Under the pieces are notes generated by a model, which did not search any database, had not been told where the DNA came from, and was given only the letters and a program-made list of their open reading frames with translations. DNA of 64,000 nt from Centroscyllium fabricii (taxonomy: Eukaryota). The translations under genes were made by a program, and so were the position numbers. Positions 21,601 through 36,600 of the stretch are shown one piece after another. The DNA is taken from contig JBNRSN020000258.1 of NCBI GenBank assembly GCA_051313645.2, positions 248,001 through 312,000 of the forward strand, written 5' to 3'. Every line of letters begins with the position of its first letter. Within the stretch, counting starts at the first letter, position 1.

Positions 21601-24600
21601 GTGGGGTCAGCAGTCGGGGTGAATGTGAGGGTGGAGTCAGTAGTCGGGGTGAATGTGATGGTGGGGTCAGTAGTCGGGGTGAATGAGGGTGGAGTCAGTA
21701 GTCGGGGTGAATGTGATGGTGGCGTCAGTAGTCGGGGTGAATGTGATGGTGGAGTCTGTAGTCGGGGTGAATCAGGGTGGGGTCAGCAGTCGGGGTGAAT
21801 GTGAGGGTGGAGTCAGTAGTCGGGGTGAATGTGATGGTGGGGTCAGTAGTCGGGGTGAATGAGGGTGGAGTCAGTAGTCGGGGTGAATGTGAGGGTGGAG
21901 TCAGTAGTCGGGGTGAATGTGATGGTGAGGTCAGTAGTCGGGGTGAATGAGGGTGGAGTCAGTAGTCGGGGTGAATGTGAGGGTGGAGTCAGTAGTCGGG
22001 GTGAATGAGGGTGGAGTCAGTAGTCGGGGGGAATGTGATGGTGGTGTCAGTAGTCGGGGTGAATGTGATGGTGGGGTCAGTAGTCGGGGTGAGTGTGATG
22101 GTGGGGTCAGTAGTTGGGGTGAATGTGATGTTGGAGTCAGTAGTCGGGGTGAGTGTGATGGTGGGGTCAGTAGTCGGCGTGAGTGTGATGGTGGAGTCAG
22201 TAGTCGGCGTGAATGTGATGGTGGAGTCAGTAGTCGGGGTGAATGTGATGGTGGAGTCAGTAGTCGGGGTGAATGTGATGGTGGAATCAGTAGTCGGGGT
22301 GAATGTGATGGTGGAATCAGTAGTCGGGGTGAGTGTGATGGTGGAGTCAGTAGTCGGGGTGAGTGTGATGGTGGGGTCAGTAGTCGGGGTGAGTGTGATG
22401 GTGGGGTCAGTAGTTGGGGTGAATGTGATGTTGGAGTCAGTAGTCGGGGTGAGTGTGATGGTGGGGTCAGTAGTCGGGGTGAGTGTGATGGTGGAGTCAG
22501 TAGTCGGGGTGAATGTGATGGTGGAGTCAGTAGTCGGGGTGAATGTGATGGTGGAGTCAGTAGTCGGGGTGAATGTGATGGTGGAATCAGTAGTCGGGGT
22601 GAATGTGATGGTGGAATCAGTAGTCGGGGTGAGTGTGATGGTGGGGTCATTAGTCGGGGTGAATGTGATGGTGGGGTCAGAAGTCGGGGTGAATGTGATG
22701 GTGGAGTCAGTAGTCGGGGTGAGTGTGATGGTGGGGTCAGTAGTCGGGGTGAATGTGATGGTGGAGTCAGTAGTCGGGGTGAATGTGATGGTGGGGTCAG
22801 CAGTCGGGGTGAGTGTGATGGTGGGGTCAGTAGTCGGGGTGAGTGTGATGGTGGGGTCAGTAGTCGGGGTGAGTGTGATGGTGGAGTCCGAAGTCGGGGT
22901 GAGTGTGATGGTGGAGTCAGTAGACGGGGTGAGTGTGATGGTGGGGTCAGTAGTCGGGGTGAGTGTGATGGTGGGGTCAGTAGTCGGGGTGAATGTGATG
23001 GTGGAATCAGTAGTCGGGGTGAGTGTGATGGTGGGGTCAGTAGTCGGGGTGAGTGTGATGGTGGGGTCAGTAGTCGGGGTGAGTGTGATGGTGGGGTCAG
23101 TAGTCGGGGTGAGTGTGATGGTGGGGTCATTAGTCGGGGTGAATGTGATGGTGGGGTCAGAAGTCGGGGTGAATGTGATGGTGGAGTCAGTAGTCGGGGT
23201 GAATGTGATGGTGGAGTCAGTAGTCGGGGTGAATGTGATGGTGGGGTCAGTCGTCGGGGTGAATGTGATGGTGGGGTCAGTAGTCGGGGTGAATGTGATG
23301 GTGGAGTCAGTAGTCGGGGTGAGTGTGATGGTGGGGTCAGTAGTCGGGGTGAATGTGATGGTGGAGTCAGTAGTCGGGGTGAATGTGATGGTGGAGTCAG
23401 TAGTCGGGGTGAATGTGATGGTGGAGTCAGTAGTCGGGGTGAATGTGATGGTGGGGTCAGTAGTCGGGGTGAGTGTGATGGTTGGGTCAGTAGTCGGGGT
23501 GAATGTGATGGTGGAGTCAGTAGTCGGGGTGAATGTAATGGTGGAGTCAGTAGTCGGGGTGAATTTGAGGGTGGGGTCAGTAGTCGGGGTGAATGTGATG
23601 GTGGGGTCAGTAGTCGGGGTGAATGTGATGGTGGAGTCAGTAGTCGGGGTGAATGTGATGTTGGGGTCAGTAGTCGGGGTGAATGTCATGGTGGGGTCAG
23701 TAGTCGGGGTGAGTGGGATGGTGGAGTCTGTAGTAGGGGTGAATCAGGGTGGGGTCAGCAGTCGGGATGAATGTGATGGTGGAGTCAGTAGTTGGGGTGA
23801 ATGAGGGTGGGGTCAGTAGTCGGGGTGAATGTGATGGTGGGGTCAGTAGGCGGGGTGAATGAGGGTGTGGTCAGTCGTCGGGGTGAATGTGATGGTGGAG
23901 TCAGTAGTCGGGGTGAGTGTGATGGTGGAGTCAGTAGTTGGGGTGAATGTGATGGTGGAGTCAGTAGTCGGGGTGAATGATGGTGGAGTCAGTAGTCGGG
24001 GTGAATGTGAGGGTGGGGTCAGTAGTCGGGGTGAATGTGATGGTGGGGTCAGTAGTCGGGGTGAATGTGATGGTGGGGTCAGTAGGCGGGGTGAATGAGG
24101 GTGGGGTCAGTCGTCGGGGTGAATGTGATGGTGGAGTCAGTAGTCGGGGTGAATGAGATGGTGGAGTCAGTAGTCGGGGTGAGTGTGATGGTGGGGTCAG
24201 TAGTCGGGGTGAATGTGATGGTGGAGTCAGTAGTCGGGTGAATGTGATGGTGGAGTCAGTAGTCGGGGTGAGTGTGATGGTGGGGTCAGTATTCGGGGTG
24301 AATGTGATGGTGGAGTCAGTAGTCGGGTGAATGTGATGGTGGAGTCAGTAGTCGGGGTGAATGTGAGGGTGTGGTCAGTATTCGGGGTGAATGTGATGGT
24401 GGGGTCAGTAGTCGGGGTGAATGTGATGGTGGCGTCAGTAGTCGGGGTGAATGTGATGTTGGGGTCAGTAGTCGGGTTGAATGAGGGTGGGGTCAGTAAT
24501 CGGGGTGAATGTGATGGTGGAGTCAGTAGTCGGGGGGAATGAGGGTGGGGTCAGTAATCGGGGTGAATGTGATGGTGGAGTCAGTAGTTGGGGTGAATGA

Positions 24601-27600
24601 GGGTGGGGTCAGTAGGCGGGGTGAATGAGGGTGGGGTCAGTCGTCGGGGTGAATGTAATGGTGGAGTCAGTAGTCGGGGTGTATGTGATGGTGGAGTCAG
24701 TAGTCGGGGTGAATGTGATTCTGGAGTCAGTAGTCGGGGTGAGTGTGATGGTGGGGTCAGTAGTCGGGGTGAATGTGATGGTGGGGTCAGTAGTCGGGGT
24801 GAATGATGCTGGGGTCAGTAGTCGGGGTGAATGTGATGGTGGAGTCAGTAGTCGGGGTGAATGTGATGGTGGAGTCAGTAGTCGGGGTGAATGTGATGGT
24901 GGAGTCAGTAGTCGGGGTGAGTGTGATGGTGGGGTCAGTAGTCGGGGTGAATGAGGGTGGGGTCAGCAGTCGGGGTGAATGTGATGGTGGAGTCAGTAGT
25001 CGGGGTGAATGTGATGGTGGAGTCAGTAGTCGGGGTGAATGTGATGGTGGAGTCAGTAGTCGGGGTGAGTGTGATGGTGGGGTCAGTAGTAGGGGTGAAT
25101 GTGATGGTGGGGTCAGTAGTCGGTGTGAATGAGGTTGGGGTCAGTAGTCGGGGTGAATGTGATGGTGGCGTCAGTAGTCGGGGTTAATGTGATGGTGGGG
25201 TCAGTAGTCGGGGTGAATGTGATGGTGGGGTCCGTAGTCGGGGTGAATGATGGTGGGGTCAGTAGTCGGGGTGAATGTGATGGTGGAGTCAGTAGTCGGG
25301 TTGAATGTGATGGTGGAGTCAGTAGTCGGGGTAAATGTGATGGTGGAGTCAGTAGTCGGGGTGAATGTGATGGTGGGGTCAGTAGTCGGGGTGAATGTGA
25401 TGGTGGAGTCAGTAGTCGGGGTGAGTGTGATGGTGGAGTCAGTAGTTGGGGTGAATGTGATGGTGGGGTCAGTAGTCGGGGTGAATGAGTGCGGAGTCAG
25501 TAGTCGGGGTGAGTGTGATGGTGCGGTCAGTAGTCGGGGTGAGTGTGATGGTGGGGTCTGTAGTCGGGTTGAATGTGATGGTGGAGTCAGTATCGGGGTG
25601 AATGTGATGGTGGAGTCAGTAGTCGGGGGGAATGAGGGTGGCGTCAGTAGTCGGGGTGAATGTGATGGTGGAGTCAGTAGTTGGGGTGAATGAGGGTGGG
25701 GTCAGTAGTCGGGGTGAATGTGATGGTGGGGTCAGTAGTCGGGGTGAATGAGGGTGGGGTCAGTAGTCGGGGTGAATGTGATGGTGGAGTCAGTAGTCGG
25801 GGTGAATGTGATGGTGGTGTCAGTAGTCGCGGTGAATGTGATGGTGGAGTCAGTCGTCGGGGTGAATGTGATGGTGGGGTCAGTAGTAGGGGTGAATGTG
25901 ATGGTGGCGTCAGTAGTCGGGGTGAATGAGGTTGGGCTCAGTAGTCGGGGTGAATGTGATGGTGGGGTCAGTAGTCGGGGTGAATGTGATGGTGGGGTCA
26001 GTAGTCGGGGTGAATGTGATGGTGGAGTCAGTAGTCGGGGTGAGTGTGATGGTGGGGTCAGTAGCCGGGGTGAATGAGGGTGGAGTCAGTAGTCGGGTTA
26101 AATGTGATGGTGGAGTCAGTAGTCGGGGTGAATGTGATGGTGGAGTCAGTAGTAGGGGTGAATCTGATGGTGGGGTCAGTAGTAGGGGTGAATGTGATGG
26201 TGGGGTCAGTAGTCGGGGTGAATGAGGTTGGGGTCAGTAGTCGGGGTGAATGTGATGGTGGGGTCAGTTGTCGGGGTGAATGTGATGGTGGGGTCAGTAG
26301 TCGGGGTGAATGTGATGGTGGAGTCAGTAGTCGGGGTGAAAGTGATGGTGGAGTCAGTAGTCGGGGTGAATGTGATGGTGGGGTCAGTAGTTGGTGTGAA
26401 TGAGGGTGGGGTCAGTAGTCGGGGTGAATGTGATGGTGGGGTCAGTAGGCGGGGTGAATGAGGGTGGGGTCAGTCGTCGGGGTGAATGTGATGGTGGGGT
26501 CAGTAGTCGGGGTGAATGTGATTTTGGGGTCAGTAGTCGGGGTGAATGTGATGGTGGGGTCAGTAGTCGGGGTGAATGATGGTGGGGTCAGTAGTCGGGG
26601 TGAATGTGATGGTGGAGTCAGTAGTCGGGGTCAATGTGATGGTGGAGTCAGTAGTCGGGGTGAATGTGATGGTGGAGTCAGTAGTCGGGGTGAGTGTGAT
26701 GGTGGGGTCAGTAGACGGGGTGAATGAGGGTGGAGTCAGTAGTCGGGTTAAATGTGATGGTGGAGTCAGTAGTCGGGGTGAATGTGATGGTGGAGTCAGT
26801 AGTCGGGGTGAATGTGATGGTGCGGTCAGTAGTCGGGGTGAATGTGATGGTGGAGTCAGTAGTCGGGCGGAATGAGGGTGGGGTCAGTAGTCGGGGTGAA
26901 TATGATGGTGGAGTCAGTAGTTGGGGTGAATGAGGGTGGGGTCAGTAGTCAGGGTGAATGTGATGGTGGGGTCAGTAGTCGGGGTGAATGAGGGTGGAGT
27001 CAGCAATCGGGGTGAATGTGATGGTGGAGTCAGTAGTCGGGGTGAATGTGATGGTGGAGTCAGTAGTCGGGGTGAGTGTGATGGTGGGGTCAGTAGTAGG
27101 GGTGAATGTGATGGTGGGGTCAGTAGTCGGGGTGAATGTAATGGTGGGGTCAGTAGTCGGGGTGAATGAGGTTGGGGTCAGTAGTCGGGGTGAATGTGAT
27201 GGTGGGGTCAGTAGTCGGGGTGAATGTGATGGTGGGGTCAGTAGTCGGGGTGAATGATGGTGGGGTCAGTAGTCGGGGTGAGTGTGATGGTGGGGTCAGT
27301 AGTCGGGGTGAGTGTGATGGTGGAGTCAGTAGACGGGGTGAGTGTGATGGTGGGGTCAGTAGTCGGGGTGAATGTGATGGTGGAGTCAGTAGTCGGGGTG
27401 AATGTGATGGTGTAATCAGTAGTCGGGGTGAGTGTGATGGTGGAGTCAGTATTCGGGGTGAGTGTGATGGTGGGGTCAGTAGTCGGGGTGAGTGTGATGG
27501 TGGAGTCAGTAGTCGGGGTGAATGTGATGGTGGGGTCAGTAGTCGGGGTGAATGTGATGGTGGGGTCAGTAGTCGGGGTGAATGTGATGGTGGAGTCAGT

Positions 27601-30600
27601 AGTCGGGGTGAGTGTGATGGTTGGGGTCAGTAGTCGGGGTGAATGTGATGGTGGGGTCAGTAGTCGGGGTGAGTGTGATGGTGGAGTCAGTAGTCGGGGT
27701 GAGTGTGATGGTGGAGTCAGTAGTCGGGGTGAATGTGATGGTGGGGTCAGTAGTCGGGGTGAGTGTGATGGTGGGGTCAGTAGTCGGGTGAATGTGATGG
27801 TGGAGTCAGTAGTCGGGGTGAATGTGAGGGTGGGGTCAGTAGTCGGGGTGAATGTGAGGGTGGGGTCAGTAGTCGGGGTGAATGTGATGGTGGGGTCAGT
27901 AGTCGGGGTGAATGTGATGGTGGAGTCAGTAGTCGGGGTGAATGTGATGGTGGAGTCAGTAGTCGGGGTGAATGTCATGGTGGGGTCAGTAGTCGGGGTG
28001 AGAGTGATGGTGGAGTCTGTAGTCGGGGTGAATCAGGGTGGGGTCGGCAGTCGGGATGAATGTGATGGTGGAGTCAGTAGTCGGGGGGAATGAGGGTGGG
28101 GTCAGTAGTCGGGGTGAATGTGATGGTGGAGTCAGTAGTTGGGGTGAATGAGGGTGGGGTCAGTAGTCGGGGTGAATGTGAGGGTGGGGTCAGTAGTCGG
28201 GGTGAATGTGATGGTGGAGTCAGTAGTTGGGGTGAATGAGGGTGGGGTCAGTAGTCGGGGTGAATGTGATGGTGGAGTCAGTAGTCGGGGTGAATGTGAG
28301 GGTGGGGTCAGTAGTCGGGGTGAATGTGATGGTGGGGTTAGTAGTCGGGGTGAATGTGATGGTGGAGTCAGTAGTCAGGGGGAATGAGGGTGGGGTCAGT
28401 AGTCGGGGTGAATGTGATGGTGGGGTCAGTAGGCGGGGTGAATGAGGGTGGGGTCAGTCGTCGGGGTGAATGTGATGGTGGAGTCAGTAGTCGGGGTGAA
28501 TGTGATGGTGGAGTCAGTAGTGGGGGTGAGTGTGATGGTGGGGTCAGTAGTCGGGGTGAATGTGATGGTGGAGTCAGTAGTCGGGTGAATGTGATGGTGG
28601 AGTCAGTAGTCGGGGTGAGTGTGATGGTGGGGTCAGTATTCGGTGTGAATGTGATGGTGGGGTCAGTAGTCGGGGTGAATGTGATGGTGGAGTCAGTAGT
28701 CGGGGTGAATGTGATGGTGGAGTCAGTAGTCGGGGTGAATGTGATGGTGGGGTCAGTAGTCGGGGTGAATGTGATGGTGGCGTCAGTAGTCGGGGTGAAT
28801 GTGATGTTGGGGTCAGTAGTCGGGGTGAATGTCATGGTGGGGTCAGTAGTCGGGGTGAGTGTGATTGTCGAGTCTGTAGTCGGGGTGAATCAGGGTGGGG
28901 TCAGCAGTCGGGATGAATGTGATGGTGGAGTCAGTAGTCGGGGGGAATGAGGGTGGGGTCAGTAATCGGGGTGAATGTGATGGTGGAGTCAGTAGTTGGG
29001 GTGAATGAGGGTGGGGTCAGTAGTCGGGGTGAATGTGATGGTGGGGTCAGTAGGCGGGGAGAATGAGGGTGGGGTCAGTCGTCGGGGTAAATGTGATGTT
29101 GGAGTCAGTAGTCGGGGTGTATGTGATGGTGGAGTCAGTAGTCGGGGTGAATGTGATGGGGGGGTCAGTAGTAGGGGTGAATGTGATGGTGGGGTCAGCA
29201 GTCGGGGTGAATGAGGTTGGGGTCAGTAGTCGGGGTGAATGTGATGGTGGGGTCAGTAGTCTGGGTGAATGTGATGGTGGGGTCAGTAGTCGGGGTGAAT
29301 GTGATGGTGGGGTCAGTAGTCGGGGTGAATGATGGTTGGGTCAGTAGTCGGGGTGAATGTGATGGTGGAGTCAGTAGTCGGGGTGCATGTGATGGTGGAG
29401 TCAGTAGTCGGGGTGAATGTGATGGTGCAGTCAGTAGTCGGGGTGAGTCTGATGGTGGGGTCAGTAGTCGGGGTGAATGTGATGGTGGGGTCAGTAGTCG
29501 GGGTGAGTGTGATGGTGGAGTCAGTAGTCGGGGTGAATGAGGGTGGGGTCAGTAGTCGGGGTGAATGTGATGGTGGAGTCAGTAGTCGGGGTGAATGTGA
29601 TGGTGGAGTCAGTAGTCGGGGTGAATGTGATGGTGGAGTCAGTAGTCGGGTTGAATGTGATGGTGGGGTCAGTAGTCGGGGTGAATGTGATGGTGGAGTC
29701 AGTAGTCGGGGTGAATGTGATGGTGGAGTCAGTAGTCGGGTGAATGTGATGGTGGAGTCAGTAGTCGGGGTGAATGTGATGGTGGGGTCAGTAGTCGGGG
29801 TGAATGTGATGGTGGAGTCAGTAGTCGGGGGGAATGAGGGTGGGGTCAGTAGTCGGGGTGAATATGATGGTGGAGTCAGTAGTTGGGGTGAATGAGGGTG
29901 GGGTCAGTAGTCAGGGTGAATGTGATGGTGGGGTCAGTAGTCGGGGTGAATGAGGGTGGAGTCAGCAATCGGGGTGAATGTGATGGTGGAGTCAGTAGTC
30001 GGGGTGAATGTGATGGTGGAGTCAGTAGTCGGGGTGAGTGTGATGGTGGGGTCAGTAGTAGGGGTGAATGTGATGGTGGGGTCAGTAGTCGGGGTGAATG
30101 TAATGGTGGGGTCAGTAGTCGGGGTGAATGAGGTTGGGGTCAGTAGTCGGGGTGAATGTGATGGTGGGGTCAGTAGTCGGGGTGAATGTGATGGTGGGGT
30201 CAGTAGTCGGGGTGAATGATGGTGGGGTCAGTAGTCGGGGTGAGTGTGATGGTGGGGTCAGTAGTCGGGGTGAGTGTGATGGTGGAGTCAGTAGACGGGG
30301 TGAGTGTGATGGTGGGGTCAGTAGTCGGGGTGAATGTGATGGTGGAGTCAGTAGTCGGGGTGAATGTGATGGTGTAATCAGTAGTCGGGGTGAGTGTGAT
30401 GGTGGAGTCAGTATTCGGGGTGAGTGTGATGGTGGGGTCAGTAGTCGGGGTGAGTGTGATGGTGGAGTCAGTAGTCGGGGTGAATGTGATGGTGGGGTCA
30501 GTAGTCGGGGTGAATGTGATGGTGGGGTCAGTAGTCGGGGTGAATGTGATGGTGGAGTCAGTAGTCGGGGTGAGTGTGATGGTTGGGGTCAGTAGTCGGG

Positions 30601-33600
30601 GTGAATGTGATGGTGGGGTCAGTAGTCGGGGTGAGTGTGATGGTGGAGTCAGTAGTCGGGGTGAGTGTGATGGTGGAGTCAGTAGTCGGGGTGAATGTGA
30701 TGGTGGGGTCAGTAGTCGGGGTGAGTGTGATGGTGGGGTCAGTAGTCGGGTGAATGTGATGGTGGAGTCAGTAGTCGGGGTGAATGTGAGGGTGGGGTCA
30801 GTAGTCGGGGTGAATGTGAGGGTGGGGTCAGTAGTCGGGGTGAATGTGATGGTGGGGTCAGTAGTCGGGGTGAATGTGATGGTGGAGTCAGTAGTCGGGG
30901 TGAATGTGATGGTGGAGTCAGTAGTCGGGGTGAATGTCATGGTGGGGTCAGTAGTCGGGGTGAGAGTGATGGTGGAGTCTGTAGTCGGGGTGAATCAGGG
31001 TGGGGTCGGCAGTCGGGATGAATGTGATGGTGGAGTCAGTAGTCGGGGGGAATGAGGGTGGGGTCAGTAGTCGGGGTGAATGTGATGGTGGAGTCAGTAG
31101 TTGGGGTGAATGAGGGTGGGGTCAGTAGTCGGGGTGAATGTGAGGGTGGGGTCAGTAGTCGGGGTGAATGTGATGGTGGAGTCAGTAGTTGGGGTGAATG
31201 AGGGTGGGGTCAGTAGTCGGGGTGAATGTGATGGTGGAGTCAGTAGTCGGGGTGAATGTGAGGGTGGGGTCAGTAGTCGGGGTGAATGTGATGGTGGGGT
31301 TAGTAGTCGGGGTGAATGTGATGGTGGAGTCAGTAGTCAGGGGGAATGAGGGTGGGGTCAGTAGTCGGGGTGAATGTGATGGTGGGGTCAGTAGGCGGGG
31401 TGAATGAGGGTGGGGTCAGTCGTCGGGGTGAATGTGATGGTGGAGTCAGTAGTCGGGGTGAATGTGATGGTGGAGTCAGTAGTCGGGTGAATGTGATGGT
31501 GGAGTCAGTAGTCGGGGTGAGTGTGATGGTGGGGTCAGTATTCGGTGTGAATGTGATGGTGGGGTCAGTAGTCGGGGTGAATGTGATGGTGGAGTCAGTA
31601 GTCGGGGTGAATGTGATGGTGGAGTCAGTAGTCGGGGTGAATGTGATGGTGGGGTCAGTAGTCGGGGTGAATGTGATGGTGGCGTCAGTAGTCGGGGTGA
31701 ATGTGATGTTGGGGTCAGTAGTCGGGGTGAATGTCATGGTGGGGTCAGTAGTCGGGGTGAGTGTGATTGTCGAGTCTGTAGTCGGGGTGAATCAGGGTGG
31801 GGTCAGCAGTCGGGATGAATGTGATGGTGGAGTCAGTAGTCGGGGGGAATGAGGGTGGGGTCAGTAATCGGGGTGAATGTGATGGTGGAGTCAGTAGTTG
31901 GGGTGAATGAGGGTGGGGTCAGTAGTCGGGGTGAATGTGATGGTGGGGTCAGTAGGCGGGGAGAATGAGGGTGGGGTCAGTCGTCGGGGTAAATGTGATG
32001 TTGGAGTCAGTAGTCGGGGTGTATGTGATGGTGGAGTCAGTAGTCGGGGTGAATGTGATGGGGGGGTCAGTAGTAGGGGTGAATGTGATGGTGGGGTCAG
32101 CAGTCGGGGTGAATGAGGTTGGGGTCAGTAGTCGGGGTGAATGTGATGGTGGGGTCAGTAGTCTGGGTGAATGTGATGGTGGGGTCAGTAGTCGGGGTGA
32201 ATGTGATGGTGGGGTCAGTAGTCGGGGTGAATGATGGTTGGGTCAGTAGTCGGGGTGAATGTGATGGTGGAGTCAGTAGTCGGGGTGCATGTGATGGTGG
32301 AGTCAGTAGTCGGGGTGAATGTGATGGTGCAGTCAGTAGTCGGGGTGAGTCTGATGGTGGGGTCAGTAGTCGGGGTGAATGTGATGGTGGGGTCAGTAGT
32401 CGGGGTGAGTGTGATGGTGGAGTCAGTAGTCGGGGTGAATGAGGGTGGGGTCAGTAGTCGGGGTGAATGTGATGGTGGAGTCAGTAGTCGGGGTGAATGT
32501 GATGGTGGAGTCAGTAGTCGGGGTGAATGTGATGGTGGAGTCAGTAGTCGGGTTGAATGTGATGGTGGGGTCAGTAGTCGGGGTGAATGTGATGGTGGAG
32601 TCAGTAGTCGGGGTGAATGTGATGGTGGAGTCAGTAGTCGGGTGAATGTGATGGTGGAGTCAGTAGTCGGGGTGAATGTGATGGTGGGGTCAGTAGTCGG
32701 GGTGAGTGTGATGGTGGAGTCAGTAGTCGGGGTGAGTGTGATGGTGCGGTCAGTAGTCGGGTTGAATGTGATGGTGGAGTCAGTATCGGGGTGAATGTGA
32801 TGGTGGAGTCAGTAGTTGGGGTGAATGAGGGTGGGGTCAGTAGTCGGGGTGAATGTGATGGTGGAGTCAGTAGTTGGGGTGAATGAGGGTGGGGTCAGTA
32901 GTCGGGGTGAATGTGATGGTGGAGTCAGTAGTCGGGGTGAATGAGGGTGGGGTCAGTAGTCGGGGTGAATGTGATGGTGGAGTCAGTAGTCGGGGTGAAT
33001 GTGATGGTGGAGTCAGTAGTCGGGGTGAATGTGATGGTGGAGTCAGTAGTCGGGGTGAATGTGATGGTGGGGTCAGTAGTCGGGGTGAATGTGATGGTGG
33101 AGTCAGTAGTCGGGGTGAATGTGATGGTGGAGTCAGTAGTCGGGGTGAATGTGATGGTGGAGTCAGTAGTCGGGGTGAATGTGATGGTGGGGTCAGTAGT
33201 CGGGGTGAATGAGGGTGGGGTCAGTAGTCGGGGTGAATGTGATGGTGCAGTCAGTAGTCGGGGTGAATGTGATGGTGGGGTCAGTAGACGGGGTGAATGT
33301 GATGGTGGAGTCAGTAGTCGGGGTGAATGTGATGGTGGGGTCAGTAGTAGGGATGAATCTCATGGTGGGGTCAGTAGTCGGGGTGAATGAGGTTGGGGTC
33401 AGTAGTCGGGGTGAATGTGATGGTGGGGTCAGTAGTAGGGGTGAATCTCATGGTGGGGTCAGTAGTCGGGGTGAATGAGGTTGGGGTCAGTAGTCGGGGT
33501 GAATGTGATGGTGGGGTCAGTAGTCGGGGTGAATGTGATGGTGGGGTCAGTAGTCGGGGTGAATGTGATGGTGGGGTCAGTAGTCGGGGTGAATAATGGT

Positions 33601-36600
33601 GGGGTCAGTAGTCGGGGTGAATGTGATGGTGGAGTCAGTAGTCGGGGTGAATGTGATGGTGGAGTCAGTAGTCGGGGTGAGTGTGATGGTGGGGTCAGTA
33701 GTCGGGGTGAATGAGGGTGGAGTCAGTAGTCGGGTTAAATGTGATGGTGGAGTCAGTAGTCGGGGTGAATGTGATGGTGGAGTCAGTAGTCGGGGGGAAT
33801 GAGGGTGGGGTCAGTAGTCGGGGTGAATGTGATGGTGGAGTCAGTAGTTGGGGTGAATGAGGGTGGGGTCAGTAGTCGGGGTGAATGTGATGGTGGGGTC
33901 AGTAGTCGGGGTGAATGAGGGTGGGGTCAGTAGTCGGGGTGAATGTGATGGTGGAGTCAGTAGTCGGGGTGAATGTGATGGTGGAGTCAGTAGTCGGGGT
34001 GAATGTGATGGTGGAGTCAGTAGTCGGGGTGAGTGTGATGGTGGGGTCAGTAGTAGGGGTGAATGTGATGGTGGGGTCAGTAGTCGGGGTGAATGAGGTT
34101 GGGGTCAGTAGTCGGGGTGAATGTGATGGTGGGGTCAGTAGTCGGGGTGAATGTGATGGTGGGGTCAGTAGTCGGGGTGAATGTGATGGTGGGGTCAGCA
34201 GTCGGGGTGAATGATGGTGGGGTCAGTAGTCGGGGTGACTGTGATGGTTGAGTCAGTAGTCGGGGTGAATGTGATGGTGGAGTCAGTAGTCGGGGTGAAT
34301 GTGATGGTGGAGTCAGTAGTCGGGGTGAGTGTGATGGTGGGCTCAGTAGTCGGGGTGAATGAGGGTGGAGTCAGTAGTCGGGTTAAATGTGATGGTGGAG
34401 TCGGTAGTCGGGGTGAATGTGATGGTGGAGTCAGTAGTCGGTGTGAATGTGATGGTGGGGTCAGTAGTCGGGGTGAATGTGATGGTGGAGTCAGTAGTCG
34501 GGGTGAGTGTGATGGTGGAGTCAGTAGTCGGGGTAAATGTAATGGTGGGGTCAGTAGTTGGGGTGAATGATGGCGGAGTCAGTAGTCGGGGTGAGTGTGA
34601 TGGTGCGGTCAGTAGTCGGGGTGAGTGTGATGGTGGGGTCAGTAATCGGGTTGAATGTGATGGTGGGGTCAGTATCGGGGTGAATGTGATGGTGGAGTCA
34701 GTAGTCGGGGGGAATGAGGGTGGCGTCAGTAGTCGGGGTGAATGTGATGGTGGAGTCAGTAGTTGGGGTGAATGAGGGTGGGGTCAGTAGTCGGGGTGAA
34801 TGTGATGGTGGGGTCAGTAGTCGGGGTGAATGTGATGGTGGAGTCAGTAGTCGGGGTGAATGTGATGGTGGAGTCAGTAGTCGGGGTGAATGTGATGGTG
34901 GGGTCAGTAGTAGCGGTGAATGTGATGGTGGGGTCAGTAGTCGGGGTGAATGAGGTTGGGGTCAGTAGTCGGGGTGAATGTGATGGTGGAGTCAGTAGTC
35001 GGGGTGAGTGTGATGGTGGGGTCAGTAGTCGGGGTGAATGTGATGGTGGGGTCAGTAGTCGGGGTGAATGTGATGGTGGAGTCAGTAGTCGGGGTGAATG
35101 TGATGGTGGAGTCAGTAGTCGGGGTGAGTGTGATGGTGGGGTCAGTAGTCGGGGTGAATGATGGTGGGGTCAGTAGTCGGGGTGAATGTGACGGTGGAGT
35201 CAGTAGTCGGGGTGAATGTGATGGTGGAGTCAGTAGTCGGGGTGAATGTGATGGTGGAGTCAGTAGTCGGGGTGAGTGTGATGGTGGGGTCAGTAGTCGG
35301 GGTGAATGTGATGGTGGGGTCAGTAGTCGGGGTGAATGTGATGGTGGAGTCAGTAGTCGGGGTGAGTGTGATGGTGGAGTCTGGCGTCAGGGTGAGTGTG
35401 ATGGTGCGGTCAGTAGTCGGGGTGAGTGTGATGGTGGGGTCAGTAGTCGGGGTGAATGTGATGGTGGGGTCAGTAGTCGGGGTGAGTGTGATTGCAGGGT
35501 CAGTAGTCGGGGTGAATGTGATGGCGGGGTCAGTAGTCGGGGTAAATGTGATGGTGGAGTCAGTCGTCGGGGTGAATGTGATGGTGGAGTCAGTAGTCGG
35601 AGTGAATGTGATGGTGGAGTCAGTAGTCGGGGTGAATGTGATGGTGGAGTCAGTAGTCGGGGTGAAGGTGATGGTGGAGTCAGTAGTTGGGGTGAAGGTG
35701 ATGGTGGAGTCAGTAGTCGGGGTGAATGTGATGGTGGGGTCAGTAGTCGGGGTGAAGGTGATGGTGGAGTCAGTAGCGGGGTGAATGTGATGGTGGGGTC
35801 AGTAGTCGGGGTGAGTGTGATGGTGGAGTCAGTAGTCAGGGTGAAGGTGATGGTGGGGTCAGTAGTCGGGGTGAATGTGATGGCGGAGTCAGTAGTCGGT
35901 GTGAATGTAATGGTGGAGTCAGTAGTCGGGGTAAATGTGATGGTGGGGTCAGTCGTCGGGGTGAATGTGATGGTGGGGTCAGTAGTCGGGGGAAATGTGA
36001 TGGTGGAGTCAGTAGTCGGGGTGAGTGTGATGGTGGGGTCAGTAGTCGGGGGAAATGTGATGGTGGAGTCAGTAGTCGGGTGAATGTGATGGTGGGGTCA
36101 GTAGTCGGGGGGAATGTGATGGTGGAGTCAGTAGTCGGGGTGAGTGTGATGGTGGAGTCAGTAGTCGGGGTGAGTGTGATGCTGGAGTCAGTAGTCGGGG
36201 TGAATGTGATGGTGGAGTCAGTAGTCAGGGTGAATGTGATGGTGGAGTCAGTAGTCGGGGTGAATGTGATGGTGGGGTCAGTAGTCGGGGTGAATGTGAT
36301 GGTGGGTTCAGTAGTCGGGGTGAGTGTGATGGTGGAGTCAGTAGTCGGGTGAATGTGATGGTGGGGTCAGTAGTCGGGTGAATGTGATGGTGGAGTCAGT
36401 AGTCGGGGTGAGTGTGATGGTGGAGTCAGTAGTCGGTTGAATGTGATGGTGGGGTCAGTAGTCGGGGGGAATGTGATGGTGGAGTCAGTAGTCGGGGTGA
36501 GTGTGATGGTGGAGTCAGTAGTCGGGGTGAGTGTGATGGTGGAGTCAGTAGTCGGGGTGAATGTGATGGTGGAGTCAGTAGTCAGGGTGAATGTGATGGT